From an uncultured Clostridia bacterium (lineage in GTDB: Bacteria > Bacillota > Clostridia > Christensenellales > Borkfalkiaceae), in NCBI GenBank assembly GCA_964612545.1, contig CAZTBU010000007.1, positions 248-64,247 on the forward strand: 64,000 nt of DNA. Direction: 5' to 3'. The notes beneath the pieces were generated by a model. The model saw nothing but the letters and a program-made list of their open reading frames with translations. It was not told where the DNA came from and searched no databases. This document shows, piece after piece, positions 7,205-15,376 of the stretch; position 1 is the stretch's first letter; each line of letters opens with the position of its first letter. A program made the position numbers and the translations under genes.

Positions 7205-8242
7205 TCATCGGGGTGACGGAGAGAAAAATTTTTTATTATATATGACCGACGGATGTGCGGGGGCGGCAGCCTCCGCTTTTTTGTGGCATTCAAACGCCTT
7301 TTCCCGCTCACCGAGCCGCCAATAGCAGACAACGAGTTGCAAAAGAGGGGTGATTCCCCGCGCGGCGGGCTCTTCGAAGTCACCGTCTGCCGTGTGGTCC
7401 CGGCAGGCGAGGGCCCCCTCGTACCAAAACGCGGCCTCGCGAAGACGTCCTTCGTCAAAGAAAATTTTGCCGATTTCACAGAGAACAAAGGCGCGCGGCT
7501 CGCCGTATAAAAAACTGCGAAACAGCGCTATAAGTTGCATATTTTTTTCATGCAATGCTCCGTAACAGCGGGATAAAATCCCGCACGCGGCAATCTTGTT
7601 CACGTACCACCCGTCCCCCGCGAGCATTTTTTCGAGCACGGCGGCGGCCTCTGTGTACAGTTTGTGATAGTAAAGTTCCCTTCCGTAATAGAAGAGGTCG
7701 CGCGGAGAAAGCGGCTCTTCTTCCGCCCACTTCAGATAGATGCCGAGATTGCGCCCGCTCCGCTCCTTTTCGCTTGAAAGATGGGTTACCTCTAAGGGGT
7801 AACGCAGGATTTTTCCCCGCGGGGGGACGGCCTCGTGGACCCGCCCGAGAAAGCGGAAGTTTTTTTCCCTCTTCAGAATTCTTTCCCGCTCGTACGTCAA
7901 CGTACCCGAGCGGTAGGGGCAGAAGACCATGTCGGGCGCTTCCGCCTGCAAAAAGGTCCGCAGGGCCGCAAAATCGGTTGCTTTTACAACGTCGTCGGCA
8001 TCGAGCCACATCAGATAGTCTCCGTTTGCACGGGCGAATGCATTGTTCCGCGCATACGAAAAGTCGTCCTTCCACGGCAGGTGAAAGACTTTGGCGTGAT
8101 ATTCCGCGGCAACGGCGGCCGTTCCGTCTTCGGAGCCCGTATCGGCGACGATGAGTTCGTCGTACAGTCCTTTGACGCTTTCAAGACAGCGCGGAAGCGT
8201 CTTTTCTTCGTCCCGCACGATCATACAGAGCGAAAGCAGCAT
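7205..8242 (-). CDS. Family 2 glycosyltransferase with a C-terminal TPR-like domain
   Basis: AGGAGG RBS. LSLCMIVRDEEKTLPRCLESV...ELIVADTGSEDGT...YARNNAF...YLMWLDADDV is the GT-A/GT2 signature (DxD = DAD). The C-terminal half is helical-repeat-like. Confidence 0.85.
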   Translation of the reverse strand: MLLSLCMIVRDEEKTLPRCLESVKGLYDELIVADTGSEDGTAAVAAEYHAKVFHLPWKDDFSYARNNAFARANGDYLMWLDADDVVKATDFAALRTFLQAEAPDMVFCPYRSGTLTYERERILKREKNFRFLGRVHEAVPPRGKILRYPLEVTHLSSEKERSGRNLGIYLKWAEEEPLSPRDLFYYGRELYYHKLYTEAAAVLEKMLAGDGWYVNKIAACGILSRCYGALHEKNMQLIALFRSFLYGEPRAFVLCEIGKIFFDEGRLREAAFWYEGALACRDHTADGDFEEPAARGITPLLQLVVCYWRLGEREKAFECHKKAEAAAPAHPSVIYNKKFFSPSPR

Positions 8243-8390
8243 GTTCGCCTCCTGTTTCAGGATATGAAGGCAAAAGAAAGACGGTTCCCCCGCGGTTTGC
8301 GGGACAACACTCTTTATTTTGCAAGATTTTGCCCGTTTTTGCCTGTTTGCTTTGAATTAAATGTTTGTTTTGCAAGTTTCCGAAAAAATA

Positions 8391-8419
8391 TTGACAAATT
8401 TTCGAGAAAACGATATGAT
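8391..8419 (+). promoter_or_regulatory. Sigma-70/SigA-type promoter for the ABC transporter operon
   Basis: TTGACA (8391-8396), 17-nt spacer, TATGAT (8414-8419). Lies ~97 nt upstream of the 8516 start in a non-coding AT-rich stretch. Confidence 0.55.
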
Positions 8420-8515
8420 GAATATGTAAAAATTACATTTTTTCACAAAAACAGAACAAAATCTAACTAAAAACTGATCGTTTGCAACAAAATTCTATTC
8501 GGACGGGAAAAAAGG

Positions 8516-10636
8516 ATGAAACAGCTGACCAAGACAGGGAAGAAATTTTTGATCGGGTCCATTGCGGCGGCCCTTGTTTTCCTCGCATCCGTAATCATGT
8601 TTGCTATATCCGTGGTAAAGGCGCACGGGACGACGGACCTCGGTTTTGACCTTACGGGCAGGGACGTCATAAAGATGGCCGTGGACGAGGACGGCAACCG
8701 TGTGGCCGGTACGGCGGACGGAGACGTCTTTGCTTTCAACGGGGAAGGGGAACTTCTTTGGGAGACGGGGAAGCTCAGGGACTGTGCCGTCTATGACATC
8801 GTTGCGAACGGCGGAGAAGTGACACTCGTCTATGCGGACGGGAGCGTGATTTCTTTCGGGGATGAAGACGCACGGGCATTTTCGGCACGCGCCGCGGAAG
8901 AGGCCGGAGCGGCCGGAGAAGAGGGTGCAAAGACTTATGGACTTTCCGCAGAGGACGGAGAAATTGAGGAGATTTACGAGGGGGCGGAAACGGAGAATTT
9001 TATCGATTCCTGTACCGTATACCGGCTCGGTTATCAACTTTCGGGCGGAGTTGCGGGCACGCAACTGCTGAAAGGGGACGGCAAGCTCTTTGTGCGCGCC
9101 CGCTGTAACGACGGCAAGTGGCGCCTCTTCCGCATTGAAAACGGGGAGGCGGGACAGGTACGGGCTCCCGGCGCTTCCCGTATCGGCGGCATGACGCTTT
9201 TCCGCGGGTCTCTCTATTATTCTTTCCGCGGACAAATTCTCACGGAGGCGGGGGAACAGGTCCTCTCATTTGACGAAAACATTCTTGCCCTCTCTTGCGG
9301 CGAGACGGAAATCTCCGCAATCACCGAGAGCGGGAAGCTCGTTGTGTACAACGTTGACCAAAGGGAAACCGTCTATGACGGCGTGCTGTCCGTTGCGGTG
9401 GATACGGACTATGTGTTCACGACGGGGGAGAATTTCCTTGCCAAGATAAAGAACGGCGGCGTGGCGCTCGTTGACGCATCGGAGCGCGGCGTCACGCTCT
9501 CGATGGCGGCGGGGAACGATGCAAACTTTATTCTCTGGAATGACGATTGCTTTATGTTGCGCGACACGTCGGATGTCACGAATCCCGTCACGATCTTCTA
9601 TTCCGTGACGCATGCGCGTGCCATTTCGGTTTTTTCGGTGCTCCGCTGGGTGTTCCTTGCGCTTGCGATCGTTGCGCTCGCGGCGGCAGTCATTCTCTTC
9701 CTCTGCGTCAGGGAGTCCATGCGCGAAAAAATCCGCAAAGGGACGGTCTCTACGTTCAAAGCGATCTGGAGAGACAGGGCAATTTATCTTGCTTTGCTCA
9801 TTCCGTTCTTGCTATTGATAACATTCTATTATATCCCCATTGTCCTCGGCTTCTCGATTTCGTTTCTCGATTACGTGCCGGGGGAGAGGGCCGTGTTCGA
9901 GGGCTTTAAATACTTCTCGATGGTCGTAAAGAACGCCGACTTCTGGTCAAGCGTCGGGACGATGCTGTTATTCCTCCTCGCGGATCTTGCGAAGGCGCTC
10001 ATTCCTCCCTTCATCATCGCGGAATTTCTCATCCTCTGCAAGCTCAAGAAATTTTCTCTCTGGATCAGGATCCTGCTGTTCCTTCCCGGAATCCTGCCGG
10101 GGGTGGCGACCACGCTCGTATGGCAACAGGGTATCTTCGGCCCTTCGACGAACAGTCTCGTCAATGCCTTCATCAAGCTCTTTGCCCCGACGTTCACGGG
10201 CCTCAACTGGATTTACCATCGTTCGTATGCCGTCAGGGTGCTCTCGGTCGTCTGTTTCGGGTTCCCGTGGGTGGGGAGTTACCTCATTTTCTATGGCGCG
10301 CTCGGAGGGATCAATACTTCCATTTTCGAGGCCGCCAAGCTCGACGGATGTCCGTGGATAACGAGGGTATTTAAAATAGATATTCCGCTCATCCTATCTC
10401 AGATCAAGTACGTTGTCATCACGACGTTCATCTCATCCGTGCAGAACTACGGCACGCTGTATATTCTCTACGGCACGGGAACGTCGGATACGCTCCGCAC
10501 GCCCGCGCTCATGATGTACGGCGAGATCATGGCGGGGAACTATAACGTCGCAAGTGTCATGGGCGTATTCCTGTTTATCTTCCTTGCCGTTGTCACGGTT
10601 CTCAATTTCCGTTCGCAGAAAGAACAGATCGAGTGA
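8516..10636 (+). CDS. Sugar ABC transporter permease (MalF/CUT1-type) fused to an N-terminal ~370-aa extracytoplasmic beta-propeller-like domain
   Basis: 706-aa ORF. TM1 (aa ~12-33), then a ~340-aa domain with PQQ/propeller-like strands (VAGTADGDVFAFNGEGELLWE). TM2 (aa ~375-397), then a canonical 6-TM permease core with EAA loop FEAAKLDGCPWITRVFKIDIPLI. Confidence 0.85.
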   Translation: MKQLTKTGKKFLIGSIAAALVFLASVIMFAISVVKAHGTTDLGFDLTGRDVIKMAVDEDGNRVAGTADGDVFAFNGEGELLWETGKLRDCAVYDIVANGGEVTLVYADGSVISFGDEDARAFSARAAEEAGAAGEEGAKTYGLSAEDGEIEEIYEGAETENFIDSCTVYRLGYQLSGGVAGTQLLKGDGKLFVRARCNDGKWRLFRIENGEAGQVRAPGASRIGGMTLFRGSLYYSFRGQILTEAGEQVLSFDENILALSCGETEISAITESGKLVVYNVDQRETVYDGVLSVAVDTDYVFTTGENFLAKIKNGGVALVDASERGVTLSMAAGNDANFILWNDDCFMLRDTSDVTNPVTIFYSVTHARAISVFSVLRWVFLALAIVALAAAVILFLCVRESMREKIRKGTVSTFKAIWRDRAIYLALLIPFLLLITFYYIPIVLGFSISFLDYVPGERAVFEGFKYFSMVVKNADFWSSVGTMLLFLLADLAKALIPPFIIAEFLILCKLKKFSLWIRILLFLPGILPGVATTLVWQQGIFGPSTNSLVNAFIKLFAPTFTGLNWIYHRSYAVRVLSVVCFGFPWVGSYLIFYGALGGINTSIFEAAKLDGCPWITRVFKIDIPLILSQIKYVVITTFISSVQNYGTLYILYGTGTSDTLRTPALMMYGEIMAGNYNVASVMGVFLFIFLAVVTVLNFRSQKEQIE

Positions 10637-10645
10637 GGTAAAAAC

Positions 10646-11518
10646 ATGGAAAGCAATGCAACCGTAAAGAAAGGACTTCATATCCGTATCAATGGCGCGG
10701 ACGGCGTGATAGCGCAGTCTTTCATCGTTCTTTTTCTCGTCATAACGCTCGCTCTGTGTATGCTCCCCGTGCTTGTCACGGTCATCATGTCGTTGAAACT
10801 CCCCGAAGACATACAGGATTTTCCCATATGGACTTTCCCGCGGAGGGGATGGGCATTCTCCAACTATAAAGAGGCCTTCAGGGTGCTCTCTTCGCCGCTT
10901 TTATGGACTCTCCTCATGGACATCGGCGTGACTGTTTCCGTCATGCTCTTGAGTTGCTATATTGCCTTTCTGTTTCAATGGTACAAGTTCAAGGGAAAGA
11001 ATATGCTGTTCGCGCTCTTTATCCTTCCCATGCTTGTGCCGAACGTCGTGCTTTTGTCGCCGACCTACATCGTGGCGCACAACCTGAATATTACGGACAA
11101 TTACTTGGGCGTCATTCTGCCCTATCTCGCGGGCAACCAGATCTCCTCGGTGTTTATGCTCCGCGTGTTCATGCAGCAGCATCCGAAATCCCTCTATGAG
11201 GCGGCCGAGCTCGACGGGGCAAACAAGTTCAATTTGTTTCTCCATGTGTGCCTGCCGCTCTCCTTCCCGATCATGATGGTGCAGGGGATCGGCATCTTCG
11301 CGGCCATCTACAACGACTATCTTTGGCCGCAACTCATCTTTTCGTCGGATCTGTCAAAGGGTACGCTCATGCCTTATCTGAAGTCCGTCGTTCAAAGCCT
11401 CACACAGGGCGTGCAGTACGCGATGTACCTCGTCGCAGGCATTCCGCTCATCATCTCTACGGCCATCAGCATCAAATTCTTCGTTTCGGGAGATTTTGCG
11501 AGCGGCCTCAAGATGTAG
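10646..11518 (+). CDS. Sugar ABC transporter permease (MalG/CUT1-type)
   Basis: 290 aa with a GAGGT RBS. EAA loop YEAAELDGANKFNLFLHVCLPLSFP. Six predicted TM helices. Starts 10 nt after the preceding permease gene. Confidence 0.9.
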   Translation: MESNATVKKGLHIRINGADGVIAQSFIVLFLVITLALCMLPVLVTVIMSLKLPEDIQDFPIWTFPRRGWAFSNYKEAFRVLSSPLLWTLLMDIGVTVSVMLLSCYIAFLFQWYKFKGKNMLFALFILPMLVPNVVLLSPTYIVAHNLNITDNYLGVILPYLAGNQISSVFMLRVFMQQHPKSLYEAAELDGANKFNLFLHVCLPLSFPIMMVQGIGIFAAIYNDYLWPQLIFSSDLSKGTLMPYLKSVVQSLTQGVQYAMYLVAGIPLIISTAISIKFFVSGDFASGLKM

Positions 11519-11542
11519 AATCCCGAAAAGCTTCCAAATTCC

Positions 11543-11582
11543 AAAAGGGACGTCCCTTTTGGCTTCTCCTTGCGGAGAAGCC
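11543..11582 (+). promoter_or_regulatory. Two consecutive perfect stem-loops between the permease and binding-protein genes
   Basis: AAAAGGGACGTCCCTTTT (11543-11560, perfect palindrome), then GGCTTCTCC-TTGC-GGAGAAGCC (11561-11582, 9-bp stem). No clean U-tract follows. Confidence 0.4.
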
Positions 11583-11649
11583 AAATAAATCTTAACCAGC
11601 CTCCGCTACGGCGGCGGGAATAAAAAATTATCAAGGAGAAAAACGGAAC

Positions 11650-13476
11650 ATGAAAAAGAGATTCTTTACGCTCTTGACAAGCATCGTTGTCTGCCTGAGT
11701 CTCTGCCTTTTCGCGGCGGCCGGCTGCGGAGAATCGGGCGATAACGGCGGCAATGCCGGCAATGGCGGCAACGGTGGAAACGGCGGCAACGGCGGCGGCC
11801 CGCAGGGCGGGATCGACGCAAACATCGAAATGTATACGTCCGTCAATGTCATCGAGTATGAGGCTTTGGAGGCGGCGGCTCTTGCGTATGAGGATTATCA
11901 ATACGACAAGGGGAACGAGATTTCCGTAAACTTCCACAACACAGACGACCCCGACGCCTATCAGATGACGCTCCGCAATCTCGTTACGAACGGCGTCAAT
12001 GGCCCGACCATAGCATCTGTTTCACCCCTTCCCGAATATCACGGCACATCTGCCCTCGTGGATCTTTCGGCCTATCTGGAGGAGCCCAACCCCTATAGCC
12101 CCGATTACGAAACATGGCAGGACGGCCTCGAAGAGGACGCATACCGTCCCATCCGTGCAGGCGGCACGGTGACGACGCCCGGCGTCAGCTATTCCTCCAA
12201 CTATTCCTGCATGTTTTACAATAAAGCGGCCATGAAGGCGGTGATGGGGGACGATCCGCTTGTGGACGAGACGGGTACGATCGATACGTCCAGCCCCGAT
12301 TTTACGTGGGATTGGCTCCTTAACGCTCTCCAAAAGGCGAAGAACGACGGCGATAAAGCCAACAACCGTAAATTCATATATCCGCTTGCGATCTCCAGAA
12401 ACGAGCAGGCCTGCGGGCAGACCAATTTCAATTTGGTCACAACGCTGATCAATATGTATCTCGACCAATACTTCCGTGATTTTACGGAGGAAGTCCACTC
12501 GCAGGAAGGCGACTACAGCTATATCGAAGATATCGATTCCGTATGGCAGTACGACGAGAACGATCCGAAAATCGACTACGGGAGCAAGTACAGCTATAAC
12601 CTCAACAAAATCGTCGACGGCATCTTCAATCACTCCCAGCAATTCGGGCCCGAATCGGAGCGCTATAAGGAGATGATGGAGAATCTTTGGGAGCTTCTGC
12701 AATATACAAATCCCAATGATACCTATAATAATTGTTTCGACAGTTTCAACCGCACGACGATTATGTACAGCAAGGGCGGCGGAGGCTATGGGGATATTGA
12801 CATGAAACTCTTCTATTTCGAGACGCTCGGCTATGTCAGGACTTACCGCGACGCCCACAAGACGCAGAACGGGTTTCCTTCTTCGGATTGGATCGACGAT
12901 TCTCTCGGTTGGTTCCTTCTTCCCGCGATGTCCTCTTCGCTCGATGGCGTTGCCGGCAACGTCCGTCCTATGGGCGGCCCCCTCGAAAATTACGGCGTGC
13001 TCTCCACGGGTTCATCTTCGGCCGACGAAATAGCCGTCGATTTCCTGCGCTGGATCACTTCCCCCATGGGGCAGGAACATATCACGGCGGAATACATCTC
13101 GCAGGATGCGCCGCAGGTGATGCACCAGCTTGTAAAGGGCGTAAAACTCGATCCGCAGGTCGACTTTACTTCGGCGGCGGCACAGGTAGAGGGCGATATC
13201 GGTTTCAGCCCCTATAACATTTTCGCCATGGGCAGCGGCATGACCACTTGCACCATCAACGGCACGGGGGCATACCTGCGCGACGAAGTGTCGAAACTTC
13301 TTTCGGATTACTTTAAGGGAGGGGTGAAAGACTGGACGGCCGGCCCGACGATGCTCGGCCTCATCAAGAGCGGATTTGCGAGTTATGCCGAGCAGTATCA
13401 TCTGCTGTACACCGATCCCGCCGAAGTTTCCGAAAAGACGAACGGGCTCAAAAACAATCCGTTCAATGTGACCTGA
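11650..13476 (+). CDS. Extracellular solute-binding lipoprotein of the ABC transporter (large, 608 aa)
   Basis: AAGGAGA RBS. Lipobox LFAAAGC followed by a (G/N)-rich linker. Position in the operon directly after the two permeases. The function assignment rests mainly on context and size class. Confidence 0.65.
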   Translation: MKKRFFTLLTSIVVCLSLCLFAAAGCGESGDNGGNAGNGGNGGNGGNGGGPQGGIDANIEMYTSVNVIEYEALEAAALAYEDYQYDKGNEISVNFHNTDDPDAYQMTLRNLVTNGVNGPTIASVSPLPEYHGTSALVDLSAYLEEPNPYSPDYETWQDGLEEDAYRPIRAGGTVTTPGVSYSSNYSCMFYNKAAMKAVMGDDPLVDETGTIDTSSPDFTWDWLLNALQKAKNDGDKANNRKFIYPLAISRNEQACGQTNFNLVTTLINMYLDQYFRDFTEEVHSQEGDYSYIEDIDSVWQYDENDPKIDYGSKYSYNLNKIVDGIFNHSQQFGPESERYKEMMENLWELLQYTNPNDTYNNCFDSFNRTTIMYSKGGGGYGDIDMKLFYFETLGYVRTYRDAHKTQNGFPSSDWIDDSLGWFLLPAMSSSLDGVAGNVRPMGGPLENYGVLSTGSSSADEIAVDFLRWITSPMGQEHITAEYISQDAPQVMHQLVKGVKLDPQVDFTSAAAQVEGDIGFSPYNIFAMGSGMTTCTINGTGAYLRDEVSKLLSDYFKGGVKDWTAGPTMLGLIKSGFASYAEQYHLLYTDPAEVSEKTNGLKNNPFNVT

Positions 13477-13486
13477 CGGAGGCGCC

Positions 13487-15373
13487 ATGAAAAAATTTTT
13501 CAGTCTTTGTTTAAGCACGCTCCTTTTGTGCGCGGCCGCAGGCTGCGGGGGCGGCTCACGGCAGGACCTCGGCGGGGAACTTCAGCCCTCGTCCGATCTT
13601 GAAACGGGATTCCTCAGGACGGCCGCGGAGGATGATTACGGCCGCTCCTTCGGCGCCTCGGACGGGTATAACGATAACGTTGTGGGTATCTTCTACTTCC
13701 TTTGGCTCAATCAGGCCGCCAACACCAATACGGTGGATAAGTACATCGCGGAAGGGAAGGCAGAGGAGACGCTGACGAGCCAGAACGGCTTCGGCATGCC
13801 GACTTTCACTTGGTGGGGAGAACCGATGTACGGTTACTACCAAATCGAGGATAAATGGGTGGTCAGGAAGCATGTGGAACTCTTTATCAACGCGGGGCTC
13901 GACTTTATCTGTTTCGACACGACCAACAACTCCCATTATTCCTCTGCGGCGAAGACGGTGCTCGACGTACTTTTGGAATACAAAAATCTCGGCTACGACG
14001 TCCCGAAGGCGATGTTCATGACGAATTCCGACTCCCCGGGGCGCATCAAGGGCATCTACAACGACTTCTACCGCCGCGACACTTACGACAGCATTTGGTT
14101 CACCGGGAACGGCAGCAAGCCGTGGATTATCGGCAGTGTTTCCGCGGATGACCTCGACATCATGGACCCCGACATCGTGGACAGATTCTATTTCAAGCAG
14201 TCACAGTGGCCGAACGCGTCGATCTATGAAGAGGGCTTCCCGTGGATTTCGTGGAAATGGCCGCAGGAGAGCTATTACGACGAGGAAAACAATTACGACA
14301 TCATGAGTGTTTCCGTTTCCCAGCATGTGGGGGACGGGCGCGGGATAGACTTCTCCCTCTCGGGGCTGTGCTCGCCTTCCGTGCGGGATACGCTTTCCGC
14401 GGAGACGCGCAAGGCGATCGAAAACAGCCGTCCGAATTCCACGCTCGCCGAGACGCTTGATCACTACTACAACGCCAACTGGGGCAGGGGATACTCGCAC
14501 GAAACGGATGAAAACGATGGCGGGCGCGCCGCCGAAAACATCAATTTCGAGGAGCAATGGCAGACTGTTTACGACAACAGCAACATCAACCTCGTGTTTG
14601 TAACGGGCTGGAACGAGTGGATCGCACAGCGGCAACCCGACGACCCTGCGCTTGAAGGCACATACGGCCACTTTATCGACACCTACAACATGGAATTCTC
14701 GCGCGACATCGAGATGATGAACGGCGGCTACCTCGATAACTGTTATCTTCAGCTCGTCAGGAACGTCAGGGCGTATAAGTCGGCGGTTTCTCCCGCAGGG
14801 GGGCACCCGGTCACGGAAAGCGACTTTACGAAACTCGAAAATTGGGCGGATATGCCCGCCTATGCCGACCTCGTAAAGGAGACGGAGCCGCGCAGCGCCA
14901 TCGGCGCAGGCGGTAACTTCTATAAAAACAATACCGGACGCAACGACATCCGTGAAGTCCGCGTTGCATCGGCTCCGGACAGCGTTTACTTCCTCGTCAC
15001 GACGGAGGGCGACATTACCGAGAGGCAGGAGGGGGATACCCGCTTCATGAACCTTTGGCTGGGCGTCGAAGGGCAAGGCGGCGGATTCAACGGCCTTCAG
15101 TACGTGATCAACCGCTCGGCCGACGGGACGGAAGCCTCCGTGGACAAGATCGGGAACAATTCCTTCACGAAGATCGGCAGTGCACAGGTGACGGTACGGG
15201 GCAATCATATGCTCGTCAGGGTGGCGAAGAGTCTCATCGGCATAAACGGCGGTTTCCGTCTTCAGTTCAAGGTGACGGACAACCTGCAGAAAGATTTCGA
15301 TATTACCGACCTCTACACCAACGGCGACTGCGCTCCTGTCGGCAGGATCAATTACAGTTACTACGGGGAGTAA
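13487..15373 (+). CDS. Lipoprotein, putative glycoside hydrolase (GH99/WbsX-like pattern; family not assignable by eye), paralog 1
   Basis: Lipobox LLCAAAGC. Motifs VGIFYFLWL, WWGEPMYGYYQIEDKWVVRKHVELFINAGLDFICFDTTN, VTGWNEWIAQ and FSRDIEMMNGGY. C-terminal beta-sandwich-like region ends in NGDCAPVGRINYSYY. Confidence 0.6.
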   Translation: MKKFFSLCLSTLLLCAAAGCGGGSRQDLGGELQPSSDLETGFLRTAAEDDYGRSFGASDGYNDNVVGIFYFLWLNQAANTNTVDKYIAEGKAEETLTSQNGFGMPTFTWWGEPMYGYYQIEDKWVVRKHVELFINAGLDFICFDTTNNSHYSSAAKTVLDVLLEYKNLGYDVPKAMFMTNSDSPGRIKGIYNDFYRRDTYDSIWFTGNGSKPWIIGSVSADDLDIMDPDIVDRFYFKQSQWPNASIYEEGFPWISWKWPQESYYDEENNYDIMSVSVSQHVGDGRGIDFSLSGLCSPSVRDTLSAETRKAIENSRPNSTLAETLDHYYNANWGRGYSHETDENDGGRAAENINFEEQWQTVYDNSNINLVFVTGWNEWIAQRQPDDPALEGTYGHFIDTYNMEFSRDIEMMNGGYLDNCYLQLVRNVRAYKSAVSPAGGHPVTESDFTKLENWADMPAYADLVKETEPRSAIGAGGNFYKNNTGRNDIREVRVASAPDSVYFLVTTEGDITERQEGDTRFMNLWLGVEGQGGGFNGLQYVINRSADGTEASVDKIGNNSFTKIGSAQVTVRGNHMLVRVAKSLIGINGGFRLQFKVTDNLQKDFDITDLYTNGDCAPVGRINYSYYGE

Positions 15374-15376
15374 AAA

